DNA of 63,347 nucleotides, filler included, from Octopus bimaculoides (taxonomy: Eukaryota): the NCBI RefSeq assembly GCF_001194135.2. It is 7 parts of 6 records of this genome, joined end to end, with 100 filler letters (N's around TTAATTAATTAA, not from the genome) between each part and the next. Parts side by side here need not be neighbours in the genome. Positions count along the whole stretch, not along the records: positions 1 to 9,557 come from NC_068997.1; positions 9,658 to 28,479 come from NC_068997.1; 5 more parts are not named here. One strand, 5' to 3'. Position 1 is the stretch's first letter; each line of letters starts with the position of its first letter. Under the pieces are notes generated by a model, which was given only the letters and a program-made list of their open reading frames with translations, did not search any database and was not told where the DNA came from. Made by a program: the position numbers and the translations under genes. Positions 1 to 11,600 of the stretch are shown piece by piece.

Positions 1-33
<33 letters not shown>

Positions 34-499
34 GTATGTGTAATGTGTATAAATATGTGTATGCGCGTGTGTGTGTGTGCGTATGTATGTTTGTCTGTGC
101 ATTTGTGTGAGTATGCATATGTGTGTGCGTGTGTGTGTGGATGCGTGTATGTATGCGTGTGTGTGTCTATGCGCGCGCGTTACCCACTCTTGTAGCTCAC
201 TTGCTCACTTCCTGTTATGTTCTGAGTAATCGCAGATTAAAACTGTTCCACTGATTTACTTAACGACAGGAAAATACCAAATTCCTGAGATTGGTCTTTA
301 ATTATTTTGATGAAGAAGATAAACCATTACAGCCTCTCCAAGAAGAGAGGGCCACTTCTTGCTGTTGTTATTGTTGTCATCGCTGCTATTTTTGGTGCGT
401 TTATTATTGAGTTTACAGACATTGGTTGTTGTGTCTATTTATATAACCATATGTTTTGCAGGGAGCAAACACACACACACACGATGCACACGCACATAT

Positions 500-864
500 A
501 GTTCAGTCCCACTGCGTGGCGTCTTGGGCAAGTGTCTTCTACTATAGCCTCGGGCCGACCAAAGCCTTGTGAGTGGATTTGGTAGACGGAAACTGAAAGA
601 AGCCCGTCGTATATATGTATATATATGTATATATATGTGTGTGTGTGTGTGTTTGTGTGTCTGTGTTTGTCCCCCTGAGCAGTGCTTGACAACCGATGCT
701 GGTGTGTTTATGTCCCCCGTAACTTAGCGGTTCGGCAAAATAGACCGATAGAATAAGTACTAAGCTTACAAAGAATAAGTCCCGGGGTCGACTTGTTCGA
801 CTAAAGGCGGTGCTCCAGCATGGCCGCAGTCAAATGACTGAAACAAGTAAAAGAGTAAAAGAGT
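500..864 (+). mobile_element. tRNA-derived SINE family A (head truncated)
   Basis: GTTCAGTCCC B-box remnant, CORE-like TTGGGCAAGTGTCTTCTACTATAGCC, internal (TA/TG)n, 3' body ending AAAAGAGTAAAAGAG; near-identical to 29958-30353. Confidence 0.85.
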
Positions 865-1496
865 AATGCTTATCCCCACTTAAAAGTGGATGTTGCGTAA
901 CAGCACTGAATACTGTTTGAGTTACCATGAGGGAAACGTGATTCCGACCTTTTCTAGCCTTGTCAATGGCAGACACCCAGACGCTGGGAGGTAGCACCGA
1001 TATCGCCACCAGCAATATACATAGAGTCTCCGTGTCTGGTCGGGCACTGTTGTCGCGAATAGCCAGTGAGCTTATTAAAAATAACCATTAACGACCAAAA
1101 CGGTATTAATATCAAATGGTAATATTTATCCGGGTGGTTTCAAGTGCCAGTTACAGCCATTACGCATCATATTTGCTACATACGTTTCTGAGAAAAGACG
1201 GAACGTCACTACTTCTCAGTTAGTCTTTCCAATAAAAATAAGGTCTTCTTTTAACATTTAGGCTTCTAATAACGAAGGCATGAATGTCACAACTCTTTTA
1301 TCTAACATCTCTTACGACTCTAAACATCATGGCTGCCGGGCGAAAACGATTACGATTCACTCCAGTTTGTAACCCGTGGTTCACGATGACATCATGGATT
1401 CATTACGACCGGAAACGGATATACTTATATATATACTTAAAGCAAAATGGCATGCGACAAAAGAAACCGATATTTTCATGTGTGTGCGTGTGTGTA

Positions 1497-1535
<39 letters not shown>

Positions 1536-1667
1536 ACGTATGTGTGTACGTGCGTGCGTGCCTGTTTGTGTGTAAATAGATAAATATAGATACACACACA
1601 TACACACACAGTGAGACAGAAAGATAGTTGTATGTGTGTATAGTATATCTATCTATCTATCTATCTA

Positions 1668-1702
<35 letters not shown>

Positions 1703-1722
1703 TGTATATATATATGGTATAT

Positions 1723-1775
<53 letters not shown>

Positions 1776-1794
1776 GTATATGTATATATATAAT

Positions 1795-1943
1795 AGTCTT
1801 TCTGTGTACCAAATCCACTCACAAGACTCACAAATCTGGAATTATAGTAGAAAAAGCTTAAGGGGCCACGCTCTGCGATTGAACCCGAAACCTCGTGGTT
1901 GTAAAGCGAGAGCATCTTAACCATACGCCCATGTCCGCGCCTA
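1795..1943 (-). mobile_element. SINE family A, diverged head fragment
   Basis: Reverse-complement similarity to family A head and CCAAATCCACTCACAAG segment. Confidence 0.65.
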
Positions 1944-2224
1944 TAGCAATGCTTAATGTATTATTGAGCCGATGTCTGGGTTGCAAATCAGAGAGGCCAC
2001 AGGAAACAACAACTCTATGACGAAATACATCAAACTAAACACATCACATGCTTCTAACTCGGATCTCGGGAGAGTTGTTTACGGAAAATACGATTATTAT
2101 ATATGCTGAATCATCTCGGAGAAAGTGGAATGTGTGCACATGCGCAATGGAGCTCACTTGTGACATACTAAAACGCATGTCAAACACAATTAAAAGCTAT
2201 GAATAAATAATGACTATTTCACTT

Positions 2225-2540
2225 GATCTACCATATCAGATATCAGCCGAGGTCGGCCATTTTAACAAACTGTGTTGTTTACTGTCTCTGACATGAAACA
2301 GCGGAATGTTGAAACAAAATGGGCTGTGCTTGTGTATATTTAACCCCAGGTCAGGCTTGATCAAACAGACCTATGATTAAGGACATCCTAGCCATGACCA
2401 TCCCGTCATTTTGAGTAGTTTATCTCAGTTTACATTACAGGCGAAATTTTGAAACACAGTAAAAATTTTATTTAACCTCAAGTCAACCTTGTTTAGATAG
2501 ACCTATAGTTACAGGCATTCTAGCCGTGACCATCACAACC
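2225..2540. repeat. Unclassified interspersed repeat with local duplications
   Basis: TTTAACCCCAGG...AACAGACCTAT...AGCCATGACCATC segment recurs at ~2340, ~2470 and ~3015; GTAGTTTATCTCAGTTTACA at ~2416 and ~3096. Confidence 0.55.
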
Positions 2541-2550
2541 TTTCATTTTA

Positions 2551-2810
2551 TACATTATTTACATTATTTACATTTGATGGATATTTACCCTGATCTTGTT
2601 TGTTGTTAACGCGTTTCGGCTAATATACCCTCCAGCCTTTATCAGGTGTCTTGGGGAAATTTCGAACCTGGGTTCTCATTCCTAAGGTATTTTTCGGTGT
2701 TATTGTTGTTGTTATTAATATTATTATTATTATTATTATAGAATTTGGAATCGAACTCGGAATCCTGGGGTTAGTAGCCCGCGCTCTTAACCACTACGCC
2801 ACACACCCGT
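2551..2810 (-). mobile_element. tRNA-head + hammerhead element, copy A (HHR core decayed)
   Basis: Minus strand: TGGCGTAGTGG (A box), GAGTTCGATTCC (B box), (TAA/CAA)n spacer, body with GACAC-CTGATAA-AGGCTG..TAGCC-GAAACG. Confidence 0.85.
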
Positions 2811-2864
2811 CAGCTTATCTCAGCTTATCTCAGCTTATACTGCAATGAAATTTCGTTTATAAAT

Positions 2865-2982
2865 TTTGGCGCAAGACCCGTAATTTTAAGAGGAGGGGGT
2901 AAGTCGATAACCTCGTCCGTAGTACATTACTGGTACTTACTTTGTCGACACCAAATCGAAGAAAGATAGAGTCGACCTCGAC
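2865..2982 (-). mobile_element. SINE family B, 3' fragment
   Basis: Reverse-complement similarity to family B central and 3' segments. Confidence 0.6.
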
Positions 2983-3278
2983 ATGTACTATTTAAACAAA
3001 ATTGGTGGTAGTGTTTATTTAACCCCAGGAAAGGTTTGTTTAAACAGACTTATGAGTAAGGGTAATCTAGTCATGATCATCCTATTTTCTGAAGTAGTTT
3101 ATCTCAGTTTACAGTAAACCAGGATGTCTTTCCTTCTTTTTCTCGAGAGAAAAAGTTGATTGAGGGCTATTTCGTTGCTGCTGTTTGCGTTTCGAACAAA
3201 TAACAAACGGATCTCGTTGGAACGCATTTTGACGTTAATGTAGAGAGTAGAGCTTCGAGCTCGTTTCTTTACGGCACC

Positions 3279-3319
<41 letters not shown>

Positions 3320-4427
3320 GTTGTCGTATGTCCAAATTTGGGCAAATGCGTTTTGTTTTTTCAATATTTATTTTTGCTTGCAATAGTCGCTTCTTTTGGT
3401 CAAACTATCGTATCTCCAGCTGCTTCAGAAGCCTAGATATCAAAAGTTGTCAAAGNNNNNNNNNNNNNNNNNNNNNNNNNNNNNNNNNNNNNNNNNNNNN
3501 NNNNNNNNNNNNNNNNNNNNNNNNNNNNNNNNNNNNNNNNNNNNNNNNNNNNNNNNNNNNNNNNNNNNNNNNNNNNNNNNNNNNNNNNNNNNNNNNNNNN
3601 NNNNNNNNNNNNNNNNNNNNNNNNNNNNNNNNNNNNNNNNNNNNNNNNNNNNNNNNNNNNNNNNNNNNNNNNNNNNNNNNNNNNNNNNNNNNNNNNNNNN
3701 NNNNNNNNNNNNNNNNNNNNNNNNNNNNNNNNNNNNNNNNNNNNNNNNNNNNNNNNNNNNNNNNNNNNNNNNNNNNNNNNNNNNNNNNNNNNNNNNNNNN
3801 NNNNNNNNNNNNNNNNNNNNNNNNNNNNNNNNNNNNNNNNNNNNNNNNNNNNNNNNNNNNNNNNNNNNNNNNNNNNNNNNNNNNNNNNNNNNNNNNNNNN
3901 NNNNNNNNNNNNNNNNNNNNNNNNNNNNNNNNNNNNNNNNNNNNNNNNNNNNNNNNNNNNNNNNNNNNNNNNNNNNNNNNNNNNNNNNNNNNNNNNNNNN
4001 NNNNNNNNNNNNNNNNNNNNNNNNNNNNNNNNNNNNNNNNNNNNNNNNNNNNNNNNNNNNNNNNNNNNNNNNNNNNNNNNNNNNNNNNNNNNNNNNNNNN
4101 NNNNNNNNNNNNNNNNNNNNNNNNNNNNNNNNNNNNNNNNNNNNNNNNNNNNNNNNNNNNNNNNNNNNNNNNNNNNNNNNNNNNNNNNNNNNNNNNNNNN
4201 NNNNNNNNNNNNNNNNNNNNNNNNNNNNNNNNNNNNNNNNNNNNNNNNNNNNNNNNNNNNNNNNNNNNNNNNNNNNNNNNNNNNNNNNNNNNNNNNNNNN
4301 NNNNNNNNNNNNNNNNNTGTGTGTGTGTGTGTGTGTGGTGAGTGTATATGTGTGTGTGTGGCTGTGTGAGTGTGCATTACAATAAAATTATGATCAAATA
4401 CCATTTATTAGTATATGTGCCCGAAAT

Positions 4428-4555
4428 CGGCGAGCTGGCAGAATCGTTAGCACGCCGGGCGAAATGCTTCGTAGTTTTTCGTCTGTCTTTACATTCTGAG
4501 TTCAAATTCCGCCGAGGTCAACTTTGCCTTTCGTCCTTTCGGGGTCGATAAATTA
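4428..4555 (+). mobile_element. SINE family B, 5' part
   Basis: GGCGAGCTGGCAGAATCGTTAG (A box), GAGTTCAAATTCC (B box), GCCTTTCGTCCTTTCGGGGTCGATAAA. Confidence 0.85.
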
Positions 4556-5709
4556 CGACGGGAAAAGTAGGGTTTCTGTATGCATGGGTAAGTTATAAAT
4601 TTGCTGTCATTTGTCCAAACCAATATGGCACTATTACTTTATTTTATCGACCTCAAAATTATGAAAGTCAAAGTTGATCACGGTAGGATTTGAACTCATA
4701 ACACAAAGGACCGTGATAATTACCACAAGGCATATGTTTCTATACCCTGCTTTAACAATTCTGTTTATTCACCATTTTCCAATATTTGGAAGAACGAATT
4801 TATTTGACCAAACATTTTCGTTTTTATTATTTCAGAAGCGATCAATGCCAAATCCTGTTTTACAACCAATTAAGCCAATGATCGTTTAAAATCAGGTTTG
4901 ATAATTGGTTCCACGAAATTAAAGTTTGTAATTAATGGTATTTTTGAAACTTAAATAAATTAGTTTTTTTCTTTAATTTATTATTATTATTATTATTANN
5001 NNNNNNNNNNNNNNNNNNNNNNNNNNNNNNNNNNNNNNNNNNNNNNNNNNNNNNNNNNNNNNNNNNNNNNNNNNNNNNNNNNNNNNNNNNNNNNNNNNNN
5101 NNNNNNNNNNNNNNNNNNNNNNNNNNNNNNNNNNNNNNNNNNNNNNNNNNNNNNNNNNNNNNNNNNNNNNNNNNNNNNNNNNNNNNNNNNNNNNNNNNNN
5201 NNNNNNNNNNNNNNNNNNNNNNNNNNNNNNNNNNNNNNNNNNNNNNNNNNNNNNNNNNNNNNNNNNNNNNNNNNNNNNNNNNNNNNNNNNNNNNNNNNNN
5301 NNNNNNNNNNNNNNNNNNNNNNNNNNNNNNNNNNNNNNNNNNNNNNNNNNNNNNNNNNNNNNNNNNNNNNNNNNNNNNNNNNNNNNNNNNNNNNNNNNNN
5401 NNNNNNNNNNNNNNNNNNNNNNNNNNNNNNNNNNNNNNNNNNNNNNNNNNNNNNNNNNNNNNNNNNNNNNNNNNNNNNNNNNNNNNNNNNNNNNNNNNNN
5501 NNNNNNNNNNNNNNNNNNNNNNNNNNNNNNNNNNNNNNNNNNNNNNNNNNNNNNNNNNNNNNNNNNNNNNNNNNNNNNNNNNNNNNNNNNNNNNNNNNNN
5601 NNNNNNNNNNNNNNNNNNNNNNNNNNNNNNNNNNNNNNNNNNNNNNNNNNNNNNNNNNNNNNNNNNNNNNNNNNNNNNNNNNNNNNNNNNNNNNNNNNNN
5701 NNNNNNNNN

Positions 5710-5754
<45 letters not shown>

Positions 5755-6387
5755 TATATTTATATATATAAAACGCTACGTGTCATCAATATATATCTAA
5801 CACGCTCCATGTATTTGTATTTGCACTTATTTAGCCATTAATTATTCTGCTTCATATATTCCGATACGTTTCACGATTACATTTTATATTCAGCTGACAG
5901 AGACGTTTCATGTGTTCCACTTTAGCCAATATTTTGTCACACAGCATGCTTGTAGAATTCCTTGATTTCAGCAGAAGTACAACTAACAAATAATTTGAAA
6001 TTACAGACTGAAAATTCAGAAGGCCATCATGTGTTGGTGCCTCCTCATGTCTATACAAGAAATATTGTTCTTCAGGAGCTTTTGAAGCGAAAGTCAATAA
6101 TAATATTTATTATGTACATTTGTAACTTTTGCACCGAAAGTGTCAGATATGCTGGAAATACGCAGCTTTTGCAGAAGCTGAACCTTCTGTCCCTTGAACA
6201 CATTTCGAAAATGTATGTAACCTGTTTTAAAGGTCATGTTACCCATGTGTAAGTACGCATATTTTGGGGGGAGTTTTGAATATACATACATGTTCAATAT
6301 TTGTGAAACTATGTAGAGAATTTGTTGCAGAAAATACTATAATGTAGACTAACGAGTGAATCATTGCCTTCAACATATTGGACATAG

Positions 6388-6548
6388 ATGCAGCCGTGGT
6401 TGTGTGGTTAGAAGCCTGCTTCCCGATCACATGTTTCAGGGTTCAGTCCTATTGCGTGACACCTTGGGCATGTGGCTTCTACTATAGCCACGGGTTGACC
6501 AAAGTCTTGCGAGTGGATTTGGTAGACAGAAACTGAAAGAAGACCATC

Positions 6549-6579
<31 letters not shown>

Positions 6580-6835
6580 TGTGTGTATACCTGTGTGTGT
6601 GCATATATACCTATGTGTGTGTTAGTGTGTGTTTGTATCGCACTACTGCGTGGCAACCGGTGTTGATGTTTTAACGTCCCCGTAACGTAGCGGTTCGGCA
6701 AAAGAAGCCGATATAATAAGTACCAAGCTTGAAAACGAATGAGTTCTGGAGTCTATTCATTCAACTAAAAATTCTTCAAGGCGGTGCCCCAGCATGGTCG
6801 CACTCGGGTGACTGGAGCAAGTAGAATATAAAAGA
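6388..6835 (+). mobile_element. SINE family A, full-length diverged copy
   Basis: GTGGTTGTGTGGTTAG head, GGGTTCAGTCC B box, internal (TG)n, 3' body. Confidence 0.85.
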
Positions 6836-7128
6836 CATTAAAAGTGTAATCAAAGCCGTCTCTGATTTGAGGAGTGGAAAGCATGATTTTTAAAATTTTC
6901 CTGTTATTTTGGTATTTCTATTCACATCCTCTTCAAGCAAGTTTCCTCGTTTACATTTTTGAAGAATTGCTTCGTCATTATTGACAGTTCGAAAGGTCGT
7001 GAGTTGGCAGTACCGTTATCATACCGGATAAGATCCTTAAGGCCATCTATTTCCAGCTTTAAGTTCTGAGTTAAAGTTCTTCCGAGGTCAACTTCGCCTT
7101 TCATCCTTTCGGAGTAATTGAAATAATA

Positions 7129-7320
7129 CAGTTCTATATTTAAGAGATGAGGAATTATGTACATTAGTTAAATTATTTACATTTGACGGATATTTGTCCT
7201 CATCTTGTTTGTTGTTAACACAACGTTTCGGCTGATATACCCTCCAGCTTTCATCAGGTGTCTTGGTGAAATTTCGAACCTGAGTTCTCATTCCTAAGGT
7301 ATTTTTCGATGTTGTTGTTG

Positions 7321-7365
<45 letters not shown>

Positions 7366-7445
7366 TCACTAACTGGAATCGAACTCGGAATATTGGGGTT
7401 AGTAACCCGCGCTCTTAACCCTTAACCACTATGCCATATGCCCGT
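7129..7445 (-). mobile_element. tRNA-head + hammerhead element, copy B (full length)
   Basis: A and B boxes at 7375-7436, (TAA)n/(CAA)n spacer, ~180-bp body ending AAATATAGAACTG. Confidence 0.9.
7217..7262 (-). ncRNA. Minimal type I hammerhead ribozyme fold
   Basis: GACAC CUGAUGA A AGCUG-GAGGGUAUAU-CAGCC GAAA CGUU GUGUU; intact core, stem I GACAC/GUGUU, palindromic ACGU helix III, A-C mismatch at base of stem II. Confidence 0.75.
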
Positions 7446-7491
7446 GGGCAAATGGCGTAGTGGTTAATAATAATAATAATAATAATAATAA

Positions 7492-8118
7492 TCGATTTTT
7501 TAAGAGAATGGTGGCAGAGGATGAAAAATGAATCGTCTATGACAATGTGAAGCACAAACGATCATGGAAGAAATGCAACGAACCACTACAAACAGCTTCC
7601 AAAGCAGGGCTTCACACAAAGAATGTTATGTTTTCAATTTGGTGGAATTGGAAAGATGTTGTCTTTTACGAGCATCTCCCCACAGACAGGAACCATCGAT
7701 TCGGATGTGTACTGTGTTTAGCTGGGACAAATTACACGCAGCGACCCACCAGAAACGTTCAGCACTTGCTAATCGTAAGGGCATCGTTTCATCACTACAA
7801 TACCTGACCGCGTACTTCTTTGCAAACGCGGCAGAAGTTACTAGAGCTTGGCTGGGAAGTTTCGCAGTACCCTCAATATTCGCCAGACCTCGGACCTTCA
7901 GATTTCCACCCTATTTCAGTCTTTGAACGGACTGACCTTCTACTAGTTTTCTGCCAGTAAAGACAGGAAATTCTTTGAGCAGAGAATGATAGATGTGCAT
8001 ACAAGATGACTCAAGATATTGGAACGAAACGGTAATTGATTGAATAAATCGCTTTGTATTTAAAACTTGTTCAATTTTTGCTTGAAAAACCGAACGGACA
8101 TTTTGGCAAACCCAACAC
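7492..8118 (+). mobile_element. mariner transposase remnant (catalytic region) with 3' TIR
   Basis: Frameshifted translation VAEDEK*IVYDN..KRSW, VMFSIWW, YPQYSPDLGPSDFH (YSPDL motif); ends AAAAACCGAACGGACATTTTTGGCAAACCCAACA. Confidence 0.9.
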
Positions 8119-8668
8119 TATGAAACCAGACGATGTTTAGACATAACCCTTCACTGCCCCTCTCCAGATACGTTCTATATACATTGACAGTGACAACGCG
8201 TAAAAGAAGGAACAATAATATTATGGCTTCGTCAATATAATAGAGTTTATAACGAATGGCAATTTTTTTCCGGTCAAGTAGTAGTCATCTCCGGTTAAGT
8301 ATCGGTTACTTCCGGTTTGTTTATGAGTTATTTCCGACGTGATGTAGGTATGTTATTTACAAAATAACTACACACACACACGTATATGTATGAATATGTG
8401 TGTGTGTGTATNNNNNNNNNNNNNNNNNNNNNNNNNNNNNNNNNNNNNNNNNNNNNNNNNNNNNNNNNNNNNNNNNNNNNNNNNNNNNNNNNNNNNNNNN
8501 NNNNNNNNNNNNNNNNNNNNNNNNNNNNNNNNNNNNNNNNNNNNNNNNNNNNNNNNNNNNNNNNNNNNNNNNNNNNNNNNNNNNNNNNNNNNNNNNNNNN
8601 NNNNNNNNNNNNNNNNNNNNNNNNNNNNNNNNNNNNNNNNNNNNNNNNNNNNNNNNNNNNNNNNNNNN

Positions 8669-8702
<34 letters not shown>

Positions 8703-8795
8703 AGAATTCACAAAAAAATAACAAAAGACGAAGACAGGTGGTGTAGACAACTTCAAATATAAGGATAACATTTTTGAAAAAACTTTATAATATGT

Positions 8796-9021
8796 TGACA
8801 AGGGAGACAAGCTCCCTAAGGTGGCAGATAGAGGTAGACCACCGATGAGTTCGCATTGTGATGTTTAACGCATCTTAATGCGCATCAGTAACCCTCACCG
8901 CACCTAGGCTTAAACTCATCTCGCCTTGTCAGCTCATAAGATCTCTACAAGCAATATGATCAGAATGCGAACTCATTGGTGATCTAGCCCTGCCACCTTA
9001 GGGAGCTTATCTCCCTTGTCA
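8796..9021. mobile_element. MITE-like foldback element
   Basis: TGACAAGGGAGACAAGCTCCCTAAGGTGGCAG and its reverse complement (31/32 match); inner arms GATGAGTTCGCATT also complementary. Confidence 0.75.
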
Positions 9022-9557
9022 GCTCATTAGATTGTGCTTTTGAGGCTATTGAGTTGCTTTGGCTCTTATTTCTAGCAATACTGGTACTCATTAGTGCCCT
9101 TGTTCATTTTAATGACGTGTATATGTTCTGCTGGGAAATCGGCTTGACCGACATCTTGCAAGTGGAATTTTGTAGGAGGAAACTGTGCGGAAGTCCTCCG
9201 TACATATCTGTCTGTCTGTGGTCGTGTCTCTGTTTATGTTTACATCCATACATATAAACATGCATTTGTTGTTGTTGTTTATGCTGTTGCACGCTAAGGT
9301 CGTTAGCTTTGCAGTTCGACAAATTGATGACGATGAAATTATTACCAGACTGAAGTGCGTAATAGTTAGGAATCACGAAAGAGGTGCAGTAGCATGGCCA
9401 CGGCCCCTTTTGACCAGAACAATTACATATGTTTATGTGTATGTATTATGTGTGCGGACCAAAGCTTTGTGAGTGAATTTGGAAATTTATACACACCATA
9501 CGCACAACATATATACATATACATATACACACAGACATATGTGTGTGTATATATATA

Positions 9558-9657
9558 NNNNNNNNNNNNNNNNNNNNNNNNNNNNNNNNNNNNNNNNNNN
9601 NTTAATTAATTAANNNNNNNNNNNNNNNNNNNNNNNNNNNNNNNNNNNNNNNNNNNN
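9558..9657. other. Artificial scaffold-joining spacer
   Basis: 44 N + TTAATTAATTAA + 44 N. Confidence 0.97.
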
Positions 9658-9689
<32 letters not shown>

Positions 9690-9812
9690 CATATACAGAC
9701 GCTGAAATGAATACAGAATGTGCACCAATCTGTGCACTGATGATGCATGCAATGAAGCAATTAACACAACCTGAGAACGATCAGAGTTTAAAGGTGACGT
9801 ACATAAAACTGA

Positions 9813-9876
<64 letters not shown>

Positions 9877-9877
<1 letters not shown>

Positions 9878-10075
9878 AGGCGGTGAGCTGGCAGAATCAT
9901 TACCGCAAAGGACAAAATGCTCAGCGGCAATTCTTGTGGGCGTGTACGTTCTAAGCTCAAATGATGCCGAGTCGACTTAGACCTTCATCCTTTCGAGATC
10001 GATAAAATACTGTAAGTACCTGTCGAGCATTGGAGCCGATGTAATCGGCTTCTCGTTTCCCTTTGGTATCGCTGT
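9877..10075 (+). mobile_element. SINE family B
   Basis: AAGGCGGTGAGCTGGCAGAATC head directly after (CTA)n; a second partial copy follows at ~10150-10262. Confidence 0.8.
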
Positions 10076-10299
10076 CCTTGAGCCAAAATTGGATAAGATG
10101 AGGCGGTGAATTGACAGAAATTGTTAGAGCGTCGGGTATCATGTATAGCGGGTGTTTTTCTGGCTTATTACGTCCCGAGTTTCAATACCTCGCTAGGGTT
10201 AACTTTGCCGTTCATCCTTTCGGGATCAATGAAATAAAGTACTAGTCATGTACTAGGTCGAAGCAGTCGACCATTTTGGGGTGTTTACTAAATGTAACA

Positions 10300-10539
10300 G
10301 ATAGTATTTCTTAGAGAGCCTACAATGTTTAAAATACCTTCAACACCTTTTGGAAAGTTTTTCATTACTTCTCTACAGACTCCAATTTGGTCCTCACCAG
10401 AACGTATGGAATTGGTCAAACTACTTTCTCCTTTCGTTTGTTTGAATTCATTTTGCTTTCCTTCAACTCAACATTCGCCATTCTGAGAACGATGTAATTT
10501 AGGAGTTTGTGTGATGCTGCTGGCGTTATTGTTGTTGTT

Positions 10540-10593
<54 letters not shown>

Positions 10594-11600
10594 GGTGGTT
10601 TGGCATTGAAGCAAACTGCAATACAGGATGGAAGACNNNNNNNNNNTGGTGGTGGTATTTCTGTTTCCATGGTAGCCGTTTCTTTTGCGATGGTTATGGT
10701 TTTGATCGTTATTAATGTCGCTTTCTTCAATATTTTTTTCTTTGCAGTAAACACTCTGATTGTTGCGTTTGCCATTTTCACGCCACTGTTTTTATTGCTG
10801 TCGTGGTGATAACGGAATTTGCTGTTCCTTTTTGTTTCTACCCTGGTTGTTGCTTTTGTCGTGGTGGTTGCAGAATTACTTACCGTTGCTTACAGGGGAC
10901 ACTTTCACGGATTTTCTGGCATCCACTCAGCTGTCCGGTCGTTTTCGCCTCCCCAACGACATTGGTTTGCGATATTCTTGTCTTGTCATATTTGTCGTTT
11001 AAGGAGTTGTCGGGCGAGTGTAGAGGCTTAGTGGTGCCCATGAGTCGTTGGCATTAGTGTTGGGGTTTTTGTGGGAATGGGATCCTCTGCTGCCATATTT
11101 GTTGGTGGGAATCTTCTCTGACATCTCAACATTAGTTTTGGGTTGATTAGTGTTTTTGCTGCAGCTGTTGTCGTTATTGATTTTGATATTGCTACTGTTG
11201 CAGCTGTTCTTGCTGTTCTTGTTGTTGCTATTGGTGATGATGATAATGATATTGTATAAGTTGTGATGTTCGCAGCAGTGCAGGACTTCTACCGTTTGGC
11301 TTTGGATTTGAATAAGAAGGTCATTAGGTGATTGACGCTACCACATATGTGACACTTGGGTTGCATAAAACGAATGGTTGAATGCCGTTTGACAGATACG
11401 CTGGTCGAGTACCTTTCCCAGATTTTCTGAGACTGATTCCTGACGAGCTGTCTTGACCAATTCATTTACAACGCGATTTCTGTCCTGACCTTCCAACACA
11501 ACACATGCCAGCAGCCACGAGATGTCTGTTTCTGTTGATGCGTCTTTCCCCTTCACTGGCTCTTCTCGGTAGGGATAACAACGAATTCGTCGCCTCTACA
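10300..11600 (-). mobile_element. Decayed retroelement ORF1/gag-like region, probably L1/Tx1-like
   Basis: PKCHICGSVNH (C-x2-C-x4-H zinc knuckle, last Cys missing) at 11319-11360, preceded by TDISWLLACVVLEG and followed by low-complexity Thr/Pro/Lys-rich coding-like tract. Confidence 0.5.

Noticed and set aside
2755-2810. tRNA-Ser-like gene (ACT loop) here and at ~7375-7440 and ~44110-44170
   Set aside because: No acceptor stem closure; it is the head of a repeated element
9602-9613. TTAATTAATTAA as a piggyBac target or regulatory palindrome
   Set aside because: Always centred in 44+44 N; an assembly spacer
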